Below, piece by piece: positions 59,341-64,000 of a stretch of 64,000 bases of DNA. The position numbers and the translations under genes were made by a program. Where the stretch lies: contig JBBFKW010000012.1 in assembly GCA_037481835.1 (NCBI GenBank), positions 46,695-110,694 of the forward strand. The letters are read 5' to 3'. The notes beneath the pieces are model-generated. The model searched no databases and had not been told where the DNA came from. It was given only the letters and a program-made list of their open reading frames with translations. The first letter of the stretch is position 1. Each line of letters starts with the position of its first letter. Origin of the DNA: Desulfosoma sp. GTDB lineage: Bacteria > Desulfobacterota > Syntrophobacteria > Syntrophobacterales > DSM-9756.

Positions 59341-59376
59341 TCGGGGCACCTTACTTTTTAGGAGGAGGACTAAAGC

Positions 59377-60942
59377 ATGTCTTACAGCCAGCCGAACCGC
59401 AGTGCAGCTACCCTGACCACCACCCGAGTGGAACCGGCTCCCATCTCCGGCATCTGCGTCACGTGCCTGGACGGCTGTGAAGGGCCGTGCGAAATCGGCC
59501 GTTCCGCCCTCAAAGGCCGTGAGATGATCTACCCTCAGCCCTTCGGTAAGATCACGGCGGGGGCCAACAAAGATTACCCCGTGGATTTTTCCCACTTCAA
59601 CATTCAAGGCACCTGTGTGGGTGCGGTGGGCGTGGCGGCCGATCCGGACGTGGCCACGTTCCCCGCTGTGGACTGCACGACGGCGGTCGGCGCCGACGGA
59701 TCCATCAAGTTGGATTTTCCGGTTTTCACGGGAGCTGTGGGTTCGACGGATATCGCTCGCATCAATTGGGAAGACGTGGCCGTAGGCGCCGCCATTTCCG
59801 GGGTATTGGTCGTGGCGGGGGAAAACATTTGCGGCATGGACCCTCAGGCCGAAATCAAGAACGGCCGGGTCGTCAAGTCCCCCGAAATGGAACGGCGCGT
59901 GTCCGCTTTCAAGCGCTGGTACAACGGCAAGGGCGGCATTATCGTCCAGGCCAACGTGGAAGATACCAAGCTGGGTGTTCCCGAATACGTCATCGAAAAA
60001 CTGGGCATTGAAATTTTTGAGCTCAAATGGGGTCAAGGCGCCAAGGACATCGGCGGTGAAGTGAAGCTGCCCACCATCGAGCGGGCCCTTCAGCTGAAGG
60101 AACGCGGCTACATCGTTTTGCCCGACCCCACACGACCTGCGGTGCAAAAAGCCTTTCAGTCGGGCGGCATCACGGAATTCGAACGCCATTCCCGACTTGG
60201 AATGGTGGACGAAGAAGGCTTCTACAAGGAAGTGGAACGGCTGCGCACGGTGGGCGCCAAGTACGTGACCCTCAAAACCGGTGCCTACCGTCCCGCCGAT
60301 TTGGCACGAGCCATCAAGTATTCTTCGGAAGCCAAGATCGATTTGCTCACCATCGACGGCGCCGGCGGTGGAACGGGCATGAGCCCGTGGCGGATGATGA
60401 ACGAATGGGGCATCCCCACGGTCTACCTGGAATGCATGACCTATGAGATGTGCGAAAAGCTTCGAGCCAAAGGGGCGTATATTCCGCCCATCGCCATCGC
60501 GGGCGGCTTGAGCCTGGAAGACCACTTGTTCAAGGCCATTGCGTTGGGGGCCCCCTACGTCAAGGCCATTTGTTTGGGCCGGGCCATCTTGACCGCCGCC
60601 ATGGTCGGCAAGACCCATGGGAAGCTCATGGCGGAGAAAATGACCCAGCAGGGACGGCGCCTGGAAGAAGGCTATCTTTCCTTGTTCGCCGTCGGCGCAC
60701 AGCTCAAGGAACGCTTTGGGGACGACTTCGAAAAGCTCCCGCCCGGCGCCATCGGCATGTACTCCTATATCGATCGCTTGCGCCAGGGCCTCCAGCAGCT
60801 CATGGCCGGAGCGCGCAAGTTTGCGCTTCGATACATCGACCGTAATGACATTGTGGCCCTGACCCGAGAAGCCGCGGAAATTTCCGGCATCCCCTACGTC
60901 ATGGACAGCGACCGCGAGGAAATCGAAAAAATCCTCGGCTAA
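59377..60942 (+). CDS. Stand-alone FMN-binding glutamate synthase family protein
   Basis: N-terminal CVTCLDGCEGPC; ELKWGQGAKDIGGE, TIDGAGGGTG, IAGG and LGRA motifs; AGGAGG RBS. Confidence 0.88.
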   Translation: MSYSQPNRSAATLTTTRVEPAPISGICVTCLDGCEGPCEIGRSALKGREMIYPQPFGKITAGANKDYPVDFSHFNIQGTCVGAVGVAADPDVATFPAVDCTTAVGADGSIKLDFPVFTGAVGSTDIARINWEDVAVGAAISGVLVVAGENICGMDPQAEIKNGRVVKSPEMERRVSAFKRWYNGKGGIIVQANVEDTKLGVPEYVIEKLGIEIFELKWGQGAKDIGGEVKLPTIERALQLKERGYIVLPDPTRPAVQKAFQSGGITEFERHSRLGMVDEEGFYKEVERLRTVGAKYVTLKTGAYRPADLARAIKYSSEAKIDLLTIDGAGGGTGMSPWRMMNEWGIPTVYLECMTYEMCEKLRAKGAYIPPIAIAGGLSLEDHLFKAIALGAPYVKAICLGRAILTAAMVGKTHGKLMAEKMTQQGRRLEEGYLSLFAVGAQLKERFGDDFEKLPPGAIGMYSYIDRLRQGLQQLMAGARKFALRYIDRNDIVALTREAAEISGIPYVMDSDREEIEKILG

Positions 60943-61022
60943 GGGCCGAAAAGGCGTCATCGCCGATCACCGATCCGGGGCTGCCTCAGCCCCGGGCAGT
61001 CACTTGAAGAAAGGAGTCCACC

Positions 61023-61229
61023 ATGTCCAAGAACGTTTGCGCCCATCTGTGCAAATCCTGCTATGCCGCTCACGTGTGCGCCGTCAACGCCATCACCGAA
61101 CTCAACGGGACGGTGCTCATCAACTCTGAAAAATGCATCGGGTGCGGATCCTGCCGGACCGCTTGCGTCGCCTTCGGGTATAAGGCGCTGCAGAACAAAT
61201 CGGCAGCGTCTTTTATGAAAGAAGCTTAA
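61023..61229 (+). CDS. Small 4Fe-4S ferredoxin-like protein
   Basis: CAHLCKSC..VCAVNAI and CIGCGSCRTAC motifs; AAGGAG RBS. Confidence 0.85.
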   Translation: MSKNVCAHLCKSCYAAHVCAVNAITELNGTVLINSEKCIGCGSCRTACVAFGYKALQNKSAASFMKEA

Positions 61230-61307
61230 TCCTGCGCATCCCTCAAGGGCATGGCCGGGGTTCGGGGACTCCCCCGCGCCTCGGCCGGCCCACAAACGCC
61301 CTCCCCA

Positions 61308-62606
61308 TTATCGTACGACCACCCAAAAGAGGCGGGCCGTCTCAGGGGTGGTGTTTTGCCATTCCTCGGGAATTTCCGCCGCCAGATCAATCACGTCTCC
61401 TTTGCGTGCCGTAAAGGTTTTGTGTCCCAGCCGAAAGGCCACCGTTCCCACCACAACGCAGCCCAGCTCATGGCCTTTGCTTTTGAAAAAGTGCGTGCGG
61501 GCATGACTCCCGGGATCCAGCTCGATGAGATAAGGCTGGGCTCTGGCTCCAAAGTCCCACGGGGCAAAGGCTTTCACCCGAATGCCCGGGGACATGGGTC
61601 CGAGGGTTTTCACCACCAGGGCATCGGCCTCGCACAAGACGGGGCTCCCTTCCCCAGAGGTTTCTTCGCCGAAAAATGAGGCCACCGGCACCTGGAGGAC
61701 TTCGGCCATCTTCAACAGCGCCGGGACAGATGGGTAGATGAGGTTGCTTTCCACCTGGGAGATGCTGCTCGGGGTCACCCCGACCAATCGCGCCAGTTCC
61801 GTTTGGGACAGGCCTCTTTCGGTCCGCACATGCCGAAGACGCCGCCCGATGCCCGCACGATCGCTCCCCCGAACGTCTTGCCCGAAAACCACCTGAGGGC
61901 CGTCCGTCCAGTAAATCACGGGATCGCCCAGGGAAGGGACTTTTCGTCCTTCGGCTTTCAGGACTGTGAGGGTCGTCGTGCCCCGCTTGACGGCCAATTC
62001 GATGACCACCTGGGCGATTTGATTGACCTGGGCCCGAAGCTTCGGGGAATGAGCTTTCTTTTCCATGATCCAGTAGGCCACGGTGCGCAACTCGTAGAGT
62101 CGCGGGCATGAATGGGTGTAAAAGCGGGCCATATTCTCCTCACCGCCCCACAGCTCTTGCATCCCCGTGAGACTCTCGAAGACGAACCCCACCACTCCGG
62201 ACAGCTCGCTGTGGAGCCGGTAAAGGGCGTCCATGAAAACCTCCACGTCGCCGGGCCGGTCCACGCAGTGAATACGACACGGCCACGCTCTGGCCTCCTG
62301 CTCGTAGAAACTGACAAAAGGCGGGGATCCTCTGCCTTTTCCAAGCGTGAAACAGTCCATGAGAATAAAGAGCGGATGCCGGGCGACGGATCCCAAACGT
62401 TCCAGAAGGTTCCTCGGAGAACGGTCAAAACTCGCATAGATCACCGGCCGCCCTTCCTCGAGACATTGCTCCATAAAACGAAGGCAAAAGACGGGAGCGA
62501 GACTCCCCGCGTCATCATACCAAATGACGTTGTCCCCAATGAGAATGCCCTCGAGCAAGCGATCCAAATCGGGAATGCCGGAGATAATGGTTTCTTTTTC
62601 GGGCAT
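61308..62606 (-). CDS. Transcriptional regulator: degenerate KaiC/RecA-like domain, XRE HTH and cupin
   Basis: SGIPDLDRLLEG..GDNVIW with no GxxGxGK; ERGLSQTELARLVGVTPSSISQVE; cupin KGHELGCV..GDVI. Confidence 0.85.
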   Translation of the reverse strand: MPEKETIISGIPDLDRLLEGILIGDNVIWYDDAGSLAPVFCLRFMEQCLEEGRPVIYASFDRSPRNLLERLGSVARHPLFILMDCFTLGKGRGSPPFVSFYEQEARAWPCRIHCVDRPGDVEVFMDALYRLHSELSGVVGFVFESLTGMQELWGGEENMARFYTHSCPRLYELRTVAYWIMEKKAHSPKLRAQVNQIAQVVIELAVKRGTTTLTVLKAEGRKVPSLGDPVIYWTDGPQVVFGQDVRGSDRAGIGRRLRHVRTERGLSQTELARLVGVTPSSISQVESNLIYPSVPALLKMAEVLQVPVASFFGEETSGEGSPVLCEADALVVKTLGPMSPGIRVKAFAPWDFGARAQPYLIELDPGSHARTHFFKSKGHELGCVVVGTVAFRLGHKTFTARKGDVIDLAAEIPEEWQNTTPETARLFWVVVR

Positions 62607-62831
62607 CGAATCACACTCCTTGGGAAAAGAAGAAATTGTTCACCGTGACGTTAGCCGAGGCCGGCTTCCGCGTCAATGCGGGGCCGGTCTTCGGCCCAGG
62701 CTGAAGAAGCATCCTTGTCCGATGGGAAGTTTTTGCGCCGGCAACCACTCTATGCTAGTCTGCACGTGGATAATTCTTGGAAGGCCCAAAGGAACCGCCG
62801 AGGCACCCTCATCGCGGCCGCGGGGAAAAGC

Positions 62832-63263
62832 ATGCGCCCAGAGGAACCCAACGACAAGGACGACGTGGCCACCTGGGCCTCTTTGTGCCATTTCAGCGCT
62901 CTTCTCGGGGCAATTTGGTGGATTCCCGCGAGCACGCTATGGCTGCCCGTGGGCCACGTGCTGTGTCCTTTGGGCGTGTGGCTTGTGAAACGAAAAAAGT
63001 CGCCGAAAATCGATTGGGCCGGCAGGGAATCTTTGAATTTTCAGCTGAGCATGACCGCTTACGGTGTTTTGGGCGCCATGGTGCTCCCCGGCATGGGCGC
63101 CACCCTATGGCTGTGGGCCGTCGCCCTCACGGACCTTTATTGGATCGCCCGGGCCGGTGTCGCCGCCAGTGAAGGGCGCTTCTTTCACTACCCCCTCATT
63201 GTCTGGCGGCTTTTCAAGGAAACGGAAGCCATTCGGGCCCTTCGCGAAAAAGACCCCGATTGA
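62832..63263 (+). CDS. DUF4870-like membrane protein
   Basis: WASLCHFSAL, PLGVWLVK, GRESLNFQLS and ASEGRFFHYP motifs. Confidence 0.8.
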   Translation: MRPEEPNDKDDVATWASLCHFSALLGAIWWIPASTLWLPVGHVLCPLGVWLVKRKKSPKIDWAGRESLNFQLSMTAYGVLGAMVLPGMGATLWLWAVALTDLYWIARAGVAASEGRFFHYPLIVWRLFKETEAIRALREKDPD

Positions 63264-63285
63264 CCCTTGCCCCCAAAGGCGTGTT

Positions 63286-63777
63286 ATGGATTCTTCACAC
63301 GAAAGACTGGTGCCCCTCTTGAGGGAAGGCGTGGATGTGATCAAAATGGTGCTGTTTAAGCACCTGAAAGAGCACATCCGCGCGACACATGGCGCCCTGG
63401 AGCCAACCCAGGTCGTCCGGTTGACGGGAGCGGCGGTCAATGAGTTGTTCGGGCACGTTCCTGCCGAAGAACCCCATCTGTCCTTTGCGTTGCGTCACGG
63501 CGAGCTCATTGAAAACATCTTGCGGGAAATCCCCTCGGCGCTGGCCCCTCTAAGAGCCCCCCTCACCGACGCCTTGCGCATGCAGTGCCTATGCGACAGC
63601 TACGAAGGGAGAGATTCCACTCAGGTTCTCAGTCGGGCCAAAGAACTGGGAATCCTCGTCCTGGAGCGCGACGTGCCCCTCCCGGCATCCTTTATGAGCC
63701 TGGTGCGCAGCTGGGGCATCGCAAGTGGCCTTCTCGCCCCTTCCCCCGCAGCACCCCCTTCTTCGTCGGTGGCTTAG
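63286..63777 (+). CDS. Hypothetical protein
   Basis: Coding-like ORF (LVPLLREGVDVIKMVLF, LTDALRMQCLCD, VPLPASF) following the DUF4870 gene. Confidence 0.72.
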   Translation: MDSSHERLVPLLREGVDVIKMVLFKHLKEHIRATHGALEPTQVVRLTGAAVNELFGHVPAEEPHLSFALRHGELIENILREIPSALAPLRAPLTDALRMQCLCDSYEGRDSTQVLSRAKELGILVLERDVPLPASFMSLVRSWGIASGLLAPSPAAPPSSSVA

Positions 63778-63831
63778 AATTCATAAGACCAGAGCGCAAG
63801 GACATCCCAGGTGCGAAGCTACTCAGATTTT

Positions 63832-63922
63832 GTTGGGGTTCGCTGCGCTCACCCCAACCTACATCGCCGCCCAACATCCTTGAATAAAATCGTAGGTTGG
63901 GGTGAGCGAAGCGAACCCCAAC
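63832..63922. repeat. Inverted REP doublet (REPIN-like)
   Basis: GTTGGGGTTCGCTGCGCTCACCCCAACCTAC (63832-63862), 29 nt spacer, GTAGGTTGGGGTGAGCGAAGCGAACCCCAAC (63892-63922). Confidence 0.9.
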
Positions 63923-64000
63923 TCAGATCCAGGTCGGGCGACACTACGAACCACGAAAGCCCTGCCCTCTCAGATTCCCAGCGCGACTTTTATATAGAGC

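Overview
High-GC bacterial chromosomal window; gene content and order suggest an anaerobic deltaproteobacterium (Syntrophobacterales-like; this is inference). Most of it is core housekeeping: the ffh-rpsP-KH-rimM-trmD-rplS-rnhB-yraN-rsmI operon, alaC-hom-apgM-hisA-yqeY-dnaG-rpoD, tRNA(CAT), nif3, prs, and peptidoglycan recycling genes nagZ/murU/amgK. No transposase, integrase, prophage, rRNA or CRISPR array was seen. The most notable items are: (1) a CoA-disulfide reductase/NADH oxidase-family gene whose catalytic Cys codon is an in-frame TGA followed by a bacterial SECIS-like hairpin, i.e. a selenoprotein truncated by the ORF track; (2) a glutamate/nitrogen island with gdh, an orphan PEP-synthase ATP-grasp-domain protein, a stand-alone FMN glutamate-synthase-family protein, a ferredoxin and a KaiC-like/XRE-HTH/cupin regulator, plus an ANTAR-like hexaloop/terminator leader; (3) an AmmeMemoRadiSam system that appears exported (signal peptide on the AmrB-AmrA fusion, Tat motif on AmrS), convergent with a degenerate spermidine-synthase-like membrane protein; (4) an nqrBCDEF-like operon without nqrA/rnfC, next to apbE; (5) a coiled-coil protein encoded by 16 x 21-bp tandem repeats; (6) seven GTAG-type REP copies in three clusters. 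All calls come from reading motifs by eye; no database searches were run.
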